A stretch of DNA of 64,000 nucleotides from Roseburia sp. Lineage in GTDB: Bacteria; Bacillota; Clostridia; Lachnospirales; Lachnospiraceae. Every line of letters starts with the position of its first letter. The first letter of the stretch is position 1. The notes beneath the pieces are model-generated. The model was not told the DNA's origin, did no database searches, and saw only the letters and a list, made by a program, of their open reading frames with translations. Position numbers and translations under genes: made by a program. The stretch lies in contig JAZSEF010000027.1 in the NCBI GenBank assembly GCA_045531555.1, forward strand, positions 20,946-84,945. Reading direction: 5' to 3'. Positions 16,346 to 25,697 of this stretch are shown piece by piece.

Positions 16346-17202
16346 TAGCTTTCTACCTCCTTGCTTGTTGTAATCTTATTCTGTATTAATGAAATCGCTG
16401 CTACAAGAATAAAGAAAATCACCGCTTTCGCCTGACCTACGCCCTGCCAGCCAGTCATACCATACATCGTATCATAAATATTTAATGCTAATAACTGTGA
16501 TAATCGACCCGGACCACCATCTGTTAATGCCATATTCTGATCAAATAACTTAAATCCATTTGTCAAAGTAAGGAAAGTACAAACTGTAATCGTCGGCATC
16601 AACATTGGAAGTGTTACATCTTTTAATAACTGCCAGTTATTGGCACCATCGATTTTCGCAGCTTCAATTAACTCACCCGGAATATTCTGAATACCAGCCA
16701 CATAGATAATCATCATGTAACCAATCTGCTGCCAGCAGACTACAATAATCATACCCCAGAATGCATACCATTCTGTTGTAATGATTGTTTTCGAGAACTT
16801 CGCCAAAATACTGTTAAAAATCAATAACCAAATGTAACTTAATACGATACCGCCAATTAAGTTTGGCATGAAAAATACGGTACGGAAAAGATTCGTTCCT
16901 TTAATTCCTTTTGTCAATGCCATCGCAATTGCAAAAGATACTACGTTAATAATAATAACGGATACTAAAGTAAATAATGCCGTATACCATAATGAATGAA
17001 TAAATGTAGTCTCTAACTCGCCATTTACAAAAAAGATTTTCAAATAATTGTCAAATCCAACCCACTTCCAGTCAACTACTGTAGTGAATTTACAAAATGA
17101 TAAGAAAATACCATACGCAAATGGTGCAATGAATCCGATAAAAAACGCAATCATTGTTGGAAGTACAAATATTGGAAAATATTTTTTTATTGCTTTTTCC
17201 AT
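16345..17202 (-). CDS. Carbohydrate ABC transporter permease (MalF-like)
   Basis: EAAKIDGA loop, multiple TM segments. Confidence 0.95.
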   Translation of the reverse strand: MEKAIKKYFPIFVLPTMIAFFIGFIAPFAYGIFLSFCKFTTVVDWKWVGFDNYLKIFFVNGELETTFIHSLWYTALFTLVSVIIINVVSFAIAMALTKGIKGTNLFRTVFFMPNLIGGIVLSYIWLLIFNSILAKFSKTIITTEWYAFWGMIIVVCWQQIGYMMIIYVAGIQNIPGELIEAAKIDGANNWQLLKDVTLPMLMPTITVCTFLTLTNGFKLFDQNMALTDGGPGRLSQLLALNIYDTMYGMTGWQGVGQAKAVIFFILVAAISLIQNKITTSKEVES

Positions 17203-17298
17203 AACTTTCCCTCTTTCTTTTTAAAAAAGGAGCAAGCGAATTATCACTCACTCCTTTTTTACCCTATAGCTTAATAACCAACAAATTGTGTTACTTTA

Positions 17299-18723
17299 TT
17301 ATTTTGCTTCTTCAGCAAGCTGCCACTGTGTAGCCCATCCATCAACGAATGCTTTTACTACATCATCCCAGCTTCCATCACCATGTGTATAAGCTGTTAA
17401 TGGTGTAACTAAATCTGCTCTCCATGTGTCTACGTTTGGAGTAGCGTTAAAGCTCCATGCTACTGCTGTCTTACCAGCTGCTGCATATGCGTTGTTATCC
17501 TGAGAGAATACGTTGCTTGGAGCGAATTCGCCTGTAAAGGTATCGAATGGAGCTGAAAGACCCATTTTATTTGTGATAGCATCACGACCTTCATCAGATG
17601 TGATTACCCATTCTAAGAATGCGATTGTAGCATCGATATCTTCCTGTGGAGCTTTTGCATTAACTGCCCAGTAGTTTTCTGTACCTACGCAAAGACCCTG
17701 GTTCGCATCATCAACACCAAAGTAAATTGGCATCATACCTAAATCTTCTGCTGTTACTTCGAAACCATTGTCTGGATTTGTAAGAGCTGCATATTCCCAG
17801 TTACCATTCTGGAAGAATACTGCTTCACCCATACCAAATTCTGTTTCAGCATTGTAAACACCACTTTCAAGTGTCTTAGGATCTGCTGAAGATGTACCTA
17901 CATACATATCCCAAACCGCTTTGAAGTTGTCAAGATATGTACCTGCTACTGTTCCCTGACCAGCTACTAAATCACAGCCTGCGTCTAAGAAATCATAGTA
18001 TAAAGCTACACCTGCAAGGTGTCCTGAGAATCTCCAAGAAGAACCAGAATCAAGACCTGAAGATGCGAATGCACCTGTAAGGTTTGTTCCTAAGATGTCG
18101 TTGATTTCATCTACACGGTTGTTGATATCTGTTGCAACTGCATTTAAAGTTTCAAAGCTGTTGATATCTTCTACAGAAGAGATCACTGCGTTTGGAACGT
18201 TAGCTGCGTAATCATTTAAGATTGTCTTGTTATAGATGATACCATAACATTCGTAGCAGTTTGCTACTGCTGCAACTTTACCATCATAGTTGATAACTAA
18301 TGACTTGTCAGCTAAATGATCATATAATGCTGTCTCAGAAAGGTCATATGTATAATCATTCCATGTCTGAGCTGCTGTTACGTTACCAAGGTTAAAGATT
18401 GTTGGAGCATTATCTTTGCCCATTTCAGCCTGCATTGTTGTGCTGTATTCACCACCTGCTGCTGTTAAAATGTCTACCTGTACACCTGTCTTAGCTGTGT
18501 AGATAGCTGCGAGGTCTTTCCACTGCTGATCAACTTCCGGTTTGAAGTTTAACATGTAAACAGAACCTGTAGCTGCTGTCTCGTCTCCACCAGACACTTC
18601 TGCTTCTGTACCAGCGTTGTTTGCTGCATCGTTGCTTCCTGCGTCATCAGATCCGCCACAACCAGCAAATAATGTTGCTGTCATAGCTAATGTGAGCATG
18701 AGCGATAAAACTTTTTTCTTCAT
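17299..18723 (-). CDS. Carbohydrate ABC transporter substrate-binding lipoprotein
   Basis: Lipobox LFAGC; SBP_bac_1-like motifs (YGIIYNK, FFQNGNWEY); heads the permease operon. Confidence 0.92.
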   Translation of the reverse strand: MKKKVLSLMLTLAMTATLFAGCGGSDDAGSNDAANNAGTEAEVSGGDETAATGSVYMLNFKPEVDQQWKDLAAIYTAKTGVQVDILTAAGGEYSTTMQAEMGKDNAPTIFNLGNVTAAQTWNDYTYDLSETALYDHLADKSLVINYDGKVAAVANCYECYGIIYNKTILNDYAANVPNAVISSVEDINSFETLNAVATDINNRVDEINDILGTNLTGAFASSGLDSGSSWRFSGHLAGVALYYDFLDAGCDLVAGQGTVAGTYLDNFKAVWDMYVGTSSADPKTLESGVYNAETEFGMGEAVFFQNGNWEYAALTNPDNGFEVTAEDLGMMPIYFGVDDANQGLCVGTENYWAVNAKAPQEDIDATIAFLEWVITSDEGRDAITNKMGLSAPFDTFTGEFAPSNVFSQDNNAYAAAGKTAVAWSFNATPNVDTWRADLVTPLTAYTHGDGSWDDVVKAFVDGWATQWQLAEEAK

Positions 18724-18780
18724 CTTTTTTCATCCTCCTGAAAAATTATTACTGCAATTCTTATCGAAATCTGCAGTTTG

Positions 18781-18818
18781 TGAAAACATACCGAAACTGT
18801 TTCCGGTAACGTTTTCAT
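18781..18818. promoter_or_regulatory. LacI-type operator sites upstream of the sugar ABC operon
   Basis: Minus strand TGAAAACGTTACC followed by GGAAACAGTTTCGG (quasi-palindromes). Confidence 0.6.
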
Positions 18819-19111
18819 ACGTTACTCAAATTATATTTCTATTACCTCTTTTTTGCAATACCTCACCGGTAATTTCCATATTATCCACATGTATACAACC
18901 CATTTTCTGTACTTTTTGCACAAAAACTAATTTCATAAAACCTCCCAACAAAATATTTCTCTCATTGCTCAGTAACTATAATATATGGAATATTTACTTC
19001 TTAATATTTTATTTAAAGTAAAATATGCTTTCTTAGTTGTAAAAAGTGGTAGAAATGTGATAAACTTTCAATATATGCTAAAATTTATATGAAACATAAC
19101 GAGGAATATTT

Positions 19112-20371
19112 ATGAAAGAAATTATTAAGAAGAAACTCGGACAAAGTGCCAAAGGTGCCGGTACTTCCATAAAATGGGTAATCTTTGCAATGATTACCGG
19201 TCTGGTGGTTGGAAGCATTGCCACCGCATTCCACTTTTCCATCGTAATTGCTACTATGGTTCGTGAAGCAACTCCATGGGTAATTTTCTTATTACCAATT
19301 GGAGGTCTGATTATTGTCAGATGTTACCGAATGGTAAAGGATGAAAAAGAACTCAGCACAAACTCCGTACTCTCGGCAATTCACTCTAATGAAAAGCTTC
19401 CATTAAAAATGGCTCCGCTGATTTTTGTTTCTACTGTTATTACACACCTATTCGGTGGTTCTGCCGGTCGTGAAGGTGCTGCACTCCAGCTTGGCGGAAG
19501 TATTGGTAATGGTTTAGGCGGTTTATTCCACTTTGATGATAACGATAAGCATATCATGATTATGTGCGGTATGAGTGCTGCTTTCGCTGCTCTGTTTGGC
19601 ACACCAATGGCTGCCGCAATTTTCTCTATGGAAGTTATCAGTGTTGGTATCATGCAGTATTCCGCACTGGTTCCTTGTGTTATTGCTTCGTTATCCGCTT
19701 TTTCCGTGGCACAGGCCTTTGGTGTTGGTCAGGAATTATTTTTAGTAGAATGGGTACCGAACTTTACTATTTTCTCTGCTGCGAAAGTGACACTTCTCGC
19801 TGTATTATGTGCAGTTTTAAGTATTGCCTTTTGCGTATTGTTACACCAGACAGAACATTTATATAAGAAGATATTTAAAAACCCTTATTTACGCATTGTT
19901 GTGGGCGGATGTCTGATTATTGTACTGACCCTATTGGTTGGTGACCAGACATATAACGGAACCGGTATGCATGTCATTGAAGAAGCCATGGAAGGACACG
20001 TTGTTCCATATGCCTTTCTTCTTAAAATGCTATTTACTGCTCTTACTATTGGTGCTGGCTACAAAGGCGGCGAAATCGTTCCATCTTTCTTCATTGGCGC
20101 GACTTTCGGATGTCTCTTTGGAAATATCTTAGGATTTGCCCCTGACCTCTGTGCAGCAGTCGGTATGGCTTCTCTGTTCTGTGGCGTTACCAACTGCCCG
20201 ATTACTTCATTGCTTATCAGCTTCGAGTTATTCGGTTATGAAGGTATGCCATACTACTTATTATCAATAGCTTTCAGCTATATGTTATCCGGTTACTATG
20301 GACTTTACAGTAGTCAGAGAATTATGTATTCAAAATATCGTACACAGTTTATTAACCGTCAGTCACATTAA
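19112..20371 (+). CDS. CLC-family chloride channel / anion-H+ antiporter
   Basis: GGSAGREGAA, FGTPMAAAIF, GGEIVP motifs; polytopic membrane protein. Confidence 0.92.
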   Translation: MKEIIKKKLGQSAKGAGTSIKWVIFAMITGLVVGSIATAFHFSIVIATMVREATPWVIFLLPIGGLIIVRCYRMVKDEKELSTNSVLSAIHSNEKLPLKMAPLIFVSTVITHLFGGSAGREGAALQLGGSIGNGLGGLFHFDDNDKHIMIMCGMSAAFAALFGTPMAAAIFSMEVISVGIMQYSALVPCVIASLSAFSVAQAFGVGQELFLVEWVPNFTIFSAAKVTLLAVLCAVLSIAFCVLLHQTEHLYKKIFKNPYLRIVVGGCLIIVLTLLVGDQTYNGTGMHVIEEAMEGHVVPYAFLLKMLFTALTIGAGYKGGEIVPSFFIGATFGCLFGNILGFAPDLCAAVGMASLFCGVTNCPITSLLISFELFGYEGMPYYLLSIAFSYMLSGYYGLYSSQRIMYSKYRTQFINRQSH

Positions 20372-20449
20372 AATGATATTAGATATACAAGAACGCCCGG
20401 TGAAATTTCACCGGCCACTTTTTTCGTTCTTTTCTAAATATCTTATACC

Positions 20450-22213
20450 TTATTCAACTCTAATTCCATCATTCATGAGAAGTGATACCAGTTTCTCCAG
20501 CGACATACTTCCCAAATCACCCTCATCACGCTTACGTACCGATACGCTACCACACTCTACCTCTTTCTCTCCCACTACGAGAATATATGATACTCTTTCA
20601 TTTCGGGCAGCTCTGATTTTATAACCGATTTTCTCAGAACGATTATCTACTTCACAGCGAATTCCTTCTGCTTCCAGTTTCGCTTTCACTTCCTTGGCAT
20701 AATCGTTGTATTTATCCGAGATAGACAATACTTTAACCTGCACCGGCGACAACCATAATGGAAACTTTCCTTTAAAATGCTCAATCAAAATTCCAATAAA
20801 TCGTTCAATAGATCCAAATACTACACGATGCATCATAATCGGTCGGTGCTTCTCTCCGTCGGCACCGACGTACTCTGCTTCAAAGCGTTGTGGCAACTGA
20901 AAATCAAGCTGAATCGTTCCACACTGCCACGTTCTTCCGATAGAATCTTCTAAATGGAAGTCAATCTTTGGACCATAAAATGCGCCGTCTCCTTCATTCA
21001 CGATATATGGTAACCCAGATGCGTCTAATGCCACTTTCAGCCCATTCGTAGCTACTTCCCAATCCTCATCGCTTCCGATAGAATTTTCCGGTCTCGTAGA
21101 TAATTCTACATGATATTTGAAGCCAAACTTAGAATACACTTCATCAATTAAACGAATGACACCTTCTATTTCACTTGGTACCTGTTCTTGCGTCATAAAA
21201 ATATGTGCATCGTCCTGCGTAAAACATCTCACTCGCATCAAACCGTGTAAGGCTCCGGATTTTTCGTGCCTGTGCACTAAGCCCAATTCTCCCATACGAA
21301 GCGGCAATTCCCTGTAAGAATGTGGCTCTATTTTATAGACCAGCATACTGCCTGGGCAGTTCATTGGCTTGATTGCAAAGTCCATCTCATCAATCACAGA
21401 TGTGTACATATTCTCTCTATAATGTTCCCAATGTCCGGACGTCTCCCAAAGTTCCCTATTTAACATCATTGGTGTTGAAATCTCCACATACCCTTCTCTC
21501 GTGTGAATCTTACGCCAGTAGTCAATTAGTAAATTTTTCATCAACACACCTTTGGGCAGGAAAAAGGGAAATCCCGGTCCTTCGTCCATCATCGCAAATA
21601 GTCCTAATTCCTTTCCTAATTTTCTATGGTCACGTTTTTTTGCTTCTTCCAGACGATTTAAATATTCATCCAATAATTCTTTGCTCGGAAAGGACGTTCC
21701 ATAAATCCGTGTCAACATCTTGTTTTTCTCATCGCCACGCCAGTATGCACCTGCTACAGATAAAAGTTTGAACGCTTTTACTGCGCTCGTATACGCCACA
21801 TGTGGACCTGCACAAAATTCCACGTATTCTCCCTGCTGATAAAAACTTAAAGCTTCATCCTCTGGTAGCTCTTTGATTAATTCAACTTTGTAAGGTTCTC
21901 CTTTTTCCTCCATAAGCTTGATAGCCTCTTCTCTGCTTAGTGTGTAATGACGAAGTTGCAAATTTTCTTTTACGATTTTACGCATTTCTGCTTCGATTTC
22001 CGAGAACTTCTCTTCCGAAAAATCGAAATCAAACTCAAAATCATAGTAAAAACCGTCTGCAATCGCAAGGCCTATCGCACATTTCGTCTCCGGATATAGA
22101 CGCTTTACTGCCTGTGCTAAAATGTGGGCACTCGTGTGTCGGAATGCACTCTTTCCTAACTCCTCTTCAAATGCTACTTCTCGGATAGAACCATCCTTCA
22201 TGTTGATTTTCAT
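20450..22213 (-). CDS. thrS: Threonine--tRNA ligase (short form lacking the TGS domain)
   Basis: RHTSAH, KPMNCPG, RHEKSGALHGLMRVR, GAFYGPKID, WQCGTIQLDF, GSIERF. Confidence 0.97.
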   Translation of the reverse strand: MKINMKDGSIREVAFEEELGKSAFRHTSAHILAQAVKRLYPETKCAIGLAIADGFYYDFEFDFDFSEEKFSEIEAEMRKIVKENLQLRHYTLSREEAIKLMEEKGEPYKVELIKELPEDEALSFYQQGEYVEFCAGPHVAYTSAVKAFKLLSVAGAYWRGDEKNKMLTRIYGTSFPSKELLDEYLNRLEEAKKRDHRKLGKELGLFAMMDEGPGFPFFLPKGVLMKNLLIDYWRKIHTREGYVEISTPMMLNRELWETSGHWEHYRENMYTSVIDEMDFAIKPMNCPGSMLVYKIEPHSYRELPLRMGELGLVHRHEKSGALHGLMRVRCFTQDDAHIFMTQEQVPSEIEGVIRLIDEVYSKFGFKYHVELSTRPENSIGSDEDWEVATNGLKVALDASGLPYIVNEGDGAFYGPKIDFHLEDSIGRTWQCGTIQLDFQLPQRFEAEYVGADGEKHRPIMMHRVVFGSIERFIGILIEHFKGKFPLWLSPVQVKVLSISDKYNDYAKEVKAKLEAEGIRCEVDNRSEKIGYKIRAARNERVSYILVVGEKEVECGSVSVRKRDEGDLGSMSLEKLVSLLMNDGIRVE

Positions 22214-22273
22214 AATACATCTTCCTTTCTTTGAATAAAATTTTTGATTAACATAAGAAGAAGTTTTGAAATC

Positions 22274-22523
22274 AAAAAAGCACCCATAAAGATACTTTCA
22301 TGTACCTTTAAGGGTGCAGTTTATGCACGGTTCCACCTTAATTTTTCACTTCAGGTTCCAACAAACCCTAACCTTTAACGCAGGTATACGACATCGTTTA
22401 CTCTACTTTCGACAATGCAGCTCTAGAATGGTTTTCACATAGTATCTACATAAGCACCTTCCACCAAATGATGCTCTCTCTGGATGTCCTTTCTATGCTA
22501 CTTTTTTCCGTCAACGCTTTTCT
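22274..22523 (-). ncRNA. T-box riboswitch with Thr specifier ACC
   Basis: Minus strand AGAGA box, GGUG box, GAAA-ACC-A specifier (22432-22430), T-box AATTAAGGTGGAACCGTG, terminator GCACCC...GGGTGCTTTTTT. Confidence 0.95.
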
Positions 22524-22569
22524 TATGTTAATTAAGTTAAATATAGCACCTTGAAATGATTTGTCAAGA

Positions 22570-23103
22570 TTACTCTTTACAAAAATTTATAAAATGCTCC
22601 GGATATAACTCATAATCCACAGATGACTCTAATTCCCCTATCTGATTTTTCCATGAGTCATAATTGACACGCACTTTCTTAAATCCCAATTTTTCGTACA
22701 CATGCTGTGCTCTCTTATTTTTAAGATTCGTATCCAATATAACCTTTTCGTAGCCGTATTCTTCAAAAAGTGCATAAATCAGCATGCTCAAGTATAATCT
22801 ACCCAACCCTTTTTCCTGCTTAGAAAAGTCACAAATTTTAATTCCAATTTCAACCACTTTATTCCCGAGATTATAAAAACACGCCTCTCCGATTGCACAA
22901 TTGTCCAATTCCAAGATTAATCGCCTGCTTTTATTATCATCATCGGTCACTATTTTCTCTGCCACATGTTCCGGCGTTTCCCCAATTCCGTTCGGAAATC
23001 CCGCATGTGCCATAACTGCGCCGTCATTCCACCAGGTTGTAAGGATATCTGCATCTTCTATCGTCGCATTACGAATGCACAAATTTTTATATTCAAGTAA
23101 CAT
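22570..23103 (-). CDS. GNAT acetyltransferase (RimJ/RimL-like)
   Basis: QEKGLGR acetyl-CoA motif; NKRAQHVYEKLGF. Confidence 0.9.
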   Translation of the reverse strand: MLLEYKNLCIRNATIEDADILTTWWNDGAVMAHAGFPNGIGETPEHVAEKIVTDDDNKSRRLILELDNCAIGEACFYNLGNKVVEIGIKICDFSKQEKGLGRLYLSMLIYALFEEYGYEKVILDTNLKNKRAQHVYEKLGFKKVRVNYDSWKNQIGELESSVDYELYPEHFINFCKE

Positions 23104-23124
23104 ACTTTCCCTTCCTGAAGCCTT

Positions 23125-23454
23125 TCATACACCTCTTGATTTTAAATATCTATCCTCATCTTCTCTTGCTTCAATATAAGCCTTTTCCAAGTCGATCTTA
23201 TAATAGTCAGCCAGTCGCATTACCTGTGCAATCACATCTGCCATTTCGTTTCCAAGTTTTTCATCCACATTTGGCACTTCATCTGTCAACGCATAGTATT
23301 TTTCTTTTATCATAACCTGCTTAGAAAGTTCGCCAACCTGTTTCATCAACTCAATCATAGCGCCTTCTGCATTCCACGGTTGCAATTCAATTTTGTTAAA
23401 TCTCTTAACAACTGCTCTATACATTTCTTCCATTTCTTTAAATGTCATACTCAT
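23125..23454 (-). CDS. MazG-like all-alpha NTP pyrophosphohydrolase
   Basis: ELMKQVGELS...EMADV...YKIDLEKA pattern; 109 aa. Confidence 0.8.
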   Translation of the reverse strand: MSMTFKEMEEMYRAVVKRFNKIELQPWNAEGAMIELMKQVGELSKQVMIKEKYYALTDEVPNVDEKLGNEMADVIAQVMRLADYYKIDLEKAYIEAREDEDRYLKSRGV

Positions 23455-23469
23455 AAAATCCCTCCCTTT

Positions 23470-24261
23470 TTACCATTTTCTTGCTACAAACATCCCATAT
23501 TCCTTCGGAATATAAATCACACCATCAACCATCTTACTTCGCAAAATATTTTCCAGTGTATCCCTATCTACATCTGCTACACTCATCATTCTCGTACTGG
23601 AGTAGATATAGTCGATCAGGTCATCCAAATTAGTAATAGCCAGACCATCTTCCCTGTCCAAACGCTTTACATCCCCGAAGTATTCGCCAAGTTTTCCCGC
23701 TCCGTTTTGCAGGGTAAATGATTTATTCATATCATTGTTGGCGCCATATTCATGCAAAATTTCTTCAAGATACTGGACAATTCCGTTCTCGCCATAAGTC
23801 GCACAATAAAAAGTTCCATCTTCTTTTAGCACTCTAGCCACCTCTGACAATCCCTTTTTCAAATCAGGCACATGGTAAAGCATCATATTTGCAATAACTA
23901 CATCAAACGTATTGTCCTCGTATGGAATATCTTGAATATCGATTACCTGATATTCTATATTTGCCTGTTCTCCTAAATTTTTCTTTGCTTCCTCTAACAT
24001 TCCTTCTGAAAAATCAGACAAAACTGCGGTGCTTCCATTATCTAACAACTGCAAATGATTTTTCCATATGCTACCTGTTCCGCAGCCCAGCTCTAACACT
24101 CTGCTTCCCGGCTTGATGTCATAATTTGAGACAATCCAATCGCCAAAAGGCACTTTATTGGTCGAATATTTTTCATGCAGTGCAATACGGATATTTAACT
24201 TGTCTGCATTCTTGTACTGCTGTTCTACTACGGCCTTGTCATTCATGCTTTTCATAATCAT
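23470..24261 (-). CDS. Class I SAM-dependent methyltransferase
   Basis: VLELGCGTG, DFSEGM, FDVVIANMMLYHVPD, RVLKEDG. Confidence 0.92.
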   Translation of the reverse strand: MIMKSMNDKAVVEQQYKNADKLNIRIALHEKYSTNKVPFGDWIVSNYDIKPGSRVLELGCGTGSIWKNHLQLLDNGSTAVLSDFSEGMLEEAKKNLGEQANIEYQVIDIQDIPYEDNTFDVVIANMMLYHVPDLKKGLSEVARVLKEDGTFYCATYGENGIVQYLEEILHEYGANNDMNKSFTLQNGAGKLGEYFGDVKRLDREDGLAITNLDDLIDYIYSSTRMMSVADVDRDTLENILRSKMVDGVIYIPKEYGMFVARKW

Positions 24262-24310
24262 ACTTCTTTCCTTTATTCATTTTTCACCGGCGGTTTCCAC
24301 GGTGGTGGAC

Positions 24311-24844
24311 TCAAGAATGTAGTTTTTCCAATGTCCGGTAGCACATCATATAGTTCTCTCCAATCTTTTCATTACTTCTTCTAAACCTAAAACATTCTTT
24401 GTACAACTTATATCCAACATAATTATGATATCTATAGCATCTATCCCTATAAAATTCATTCCAATAACTAATCATCCTGCTATGATAATATCTAAACAGA
24501 TAAGGATTATTCTGGCAAAAAACTTGAAACAGCGCATTATCTTTGCCATACATGAACTCATAAATAACCTCTAATATTTCCACAACATATTCTGAAGACA
24601 ACTTTAATATATATGGCATACACCACTCCGGATAATCTTCTGTCATAATTGCACGCAAGTGCTTTTCTCTAACGTGTCCATCACAACTTCGTGTAAAAAT
24701 ACAGTGATAAATCAACCGTTCATTCGGTGTAGTAGCTGTATCCATAGTTCCACTGAAACAATTAATGTAAGTCGTTTTACTAATGTTCTCTAATACTCTA
24801 TGAAGTTCAGCGCCCAGTTCTATTGGGAATCCATTTTCAAACAT
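24311..24844 (-). CDS. Hypothetical protein
   Basis: 177-aa ORF with GAGGTG SD; HCIFTRSCDGHVREKHL and EYVVEIL segments; C-terminus appears to read into a remnant of another gene. Confidence 0.7.
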   Translation of the reverse strand: MFENGFPIELGAELHRVLENISKTTYINCFSGTMDTATTPNERLIYHCIFTRSCDGHVREKHLRAIMTEDYPEWCMPYILKLSSEYVVEILEVIYEFMYGKDNALFQVFCQNNPYLFRYYHSRMISYWNEFYRDRCYRYHNYVGYKLYKECFRFRRSNEKIGENYMMCYRTLEKLHS

Positions 24845-24864
24845 TTTTCACCTCAATCCACATT

Positions 24865-25146
24865 TTAACATCTAATTCCGGCCGCTACTCGCAATATTCC
24901 AAATAACTTCATATCAAAATCCGTGACACCTCGTTCCACTTCATCTTCTGTCACGAAATTTCCTTCAATATCAACTGTATACCCCAAGCCAACATAGGAA
25001 CCAGAGCCACCGTCGTCTGCTCCTTTAACAAGTATACAAAAAACTGGTTTTTCAAAGTTTCCCACACGTACAAAATCGATTGTAAAAATGCCCAGCCATA
25101 TAATTATTGCCACAACAAGAACTAGTTTCTTTTTCTTATTTTTCAT
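24865..25146 (-). CDS. Small exported or membrane-anchored hypothetical protein
   Basis: MKNKKKK plus hydrophobic helix; DDGGSGSYVGLGY motif; GGGAG SD. Confidence 0.7.
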   Translation of the reverse strand: MKNKKKKLVLVVAIIIWLGIFTIDFVRVGNFEKPVFCILVKGADDGGSGSYVGLGYTVDIEGNFVTEDEVERGVTDFDMKLFGILRVAAGIRC

Positions 25147-25363
25147 TCTCTTTTCTCCCCACAAAAAATGACAATGCAAAAAGTACAATCATAACTACTA
25201 CATATATCCCATAGCACACACGCCACTGCTCCGCTCCAAAAGCCCATGAGCCAATATAAATCGTACTTCCAAGTGCAGGATTTGACAGGGCACAAAATAC
25301 AAATATAACTGCTACTACAAACATAATACCACTTATCATTCTCATTAATTTGCTCTTTTTCAT
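25136..25363 (-). CDS. Small two-TM membrane protein
   Basis: MKKSK start after GAGGAGG; two hydrophobic helices. Confidence 0.7.
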   Translation of the reverse strand: MKKSKLMRMISGIMFVVAVIFVFCALSNPALGSTIYIGSWAFGAEQWRVCYGIYVVVMIVLFALSFFVGRKENEK

Positions 25364-25389
25364 AGTACTCACCCTCCTCGTATTGCATA

Positions 25390-25533
25390 CTAAATCAACC
25401 GTTTTAGCTTTAACTTAAATTCCGGTTTCGTCACATACTCCATGTAAATTGGTCGATTCTCATATTCCAAATATGCTTTATATCTCTCGATAATCGCCGG
25501 TGCTTTTATTAATTCTAGCACTCTATCCTTCAA
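25390..25533 (-). CDS. 47-aa ORF or gene remnant, missing from the ORF track
   Basis: TTG start after GAGAGG; MKDRVLELIKAPAIIERYKAYLEYENRPIYMEYVTKPEFKLKLKRLI. Confidence 0.5.
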   Translation of the reverse strand: MKDRVLELIKAPAIIERYKAYLEYENRPIYMEYVTKPEFKLKLKRLI

Positions 25534-25697
25534 CACCGACCTCTCTTCTCTCTTTTAAAAGAAGATTACCATATTTTTCTTTTGATTTAAATGTACTTAA
25601 AGAAATCTTAAAAATAAATTTCTCTTATAATAAGAATTATATAAATTTGGATTTGTATATCTCGCAAATCACTTATTCATGTTGGAAACGTTGTGCA

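Noticed and set aside
19112-20371. Fluoride-specific CLC with a fluoride riboswitch
   Set aside because: Motifs (STNSVL, GREGA, GGEIVP) do not match the GNNLI/GREGT/GEVTP signature, and no riboswitch is recognisable upstream.
25143-25388. 81-aa Cys-rich alternative-frame ORF
   Set aside because: Fully overlaps the better-supported two-TM ORF with a strong SD; Cys/Tyr richness is expected from an off-frame reading of hydrophobic codons.
25645-25697. Sixth array unit (TTGGATT...GTTGGA), and another at 25963
   Set aside because: Boxes are out of register or box B is missing, so they were not counted.
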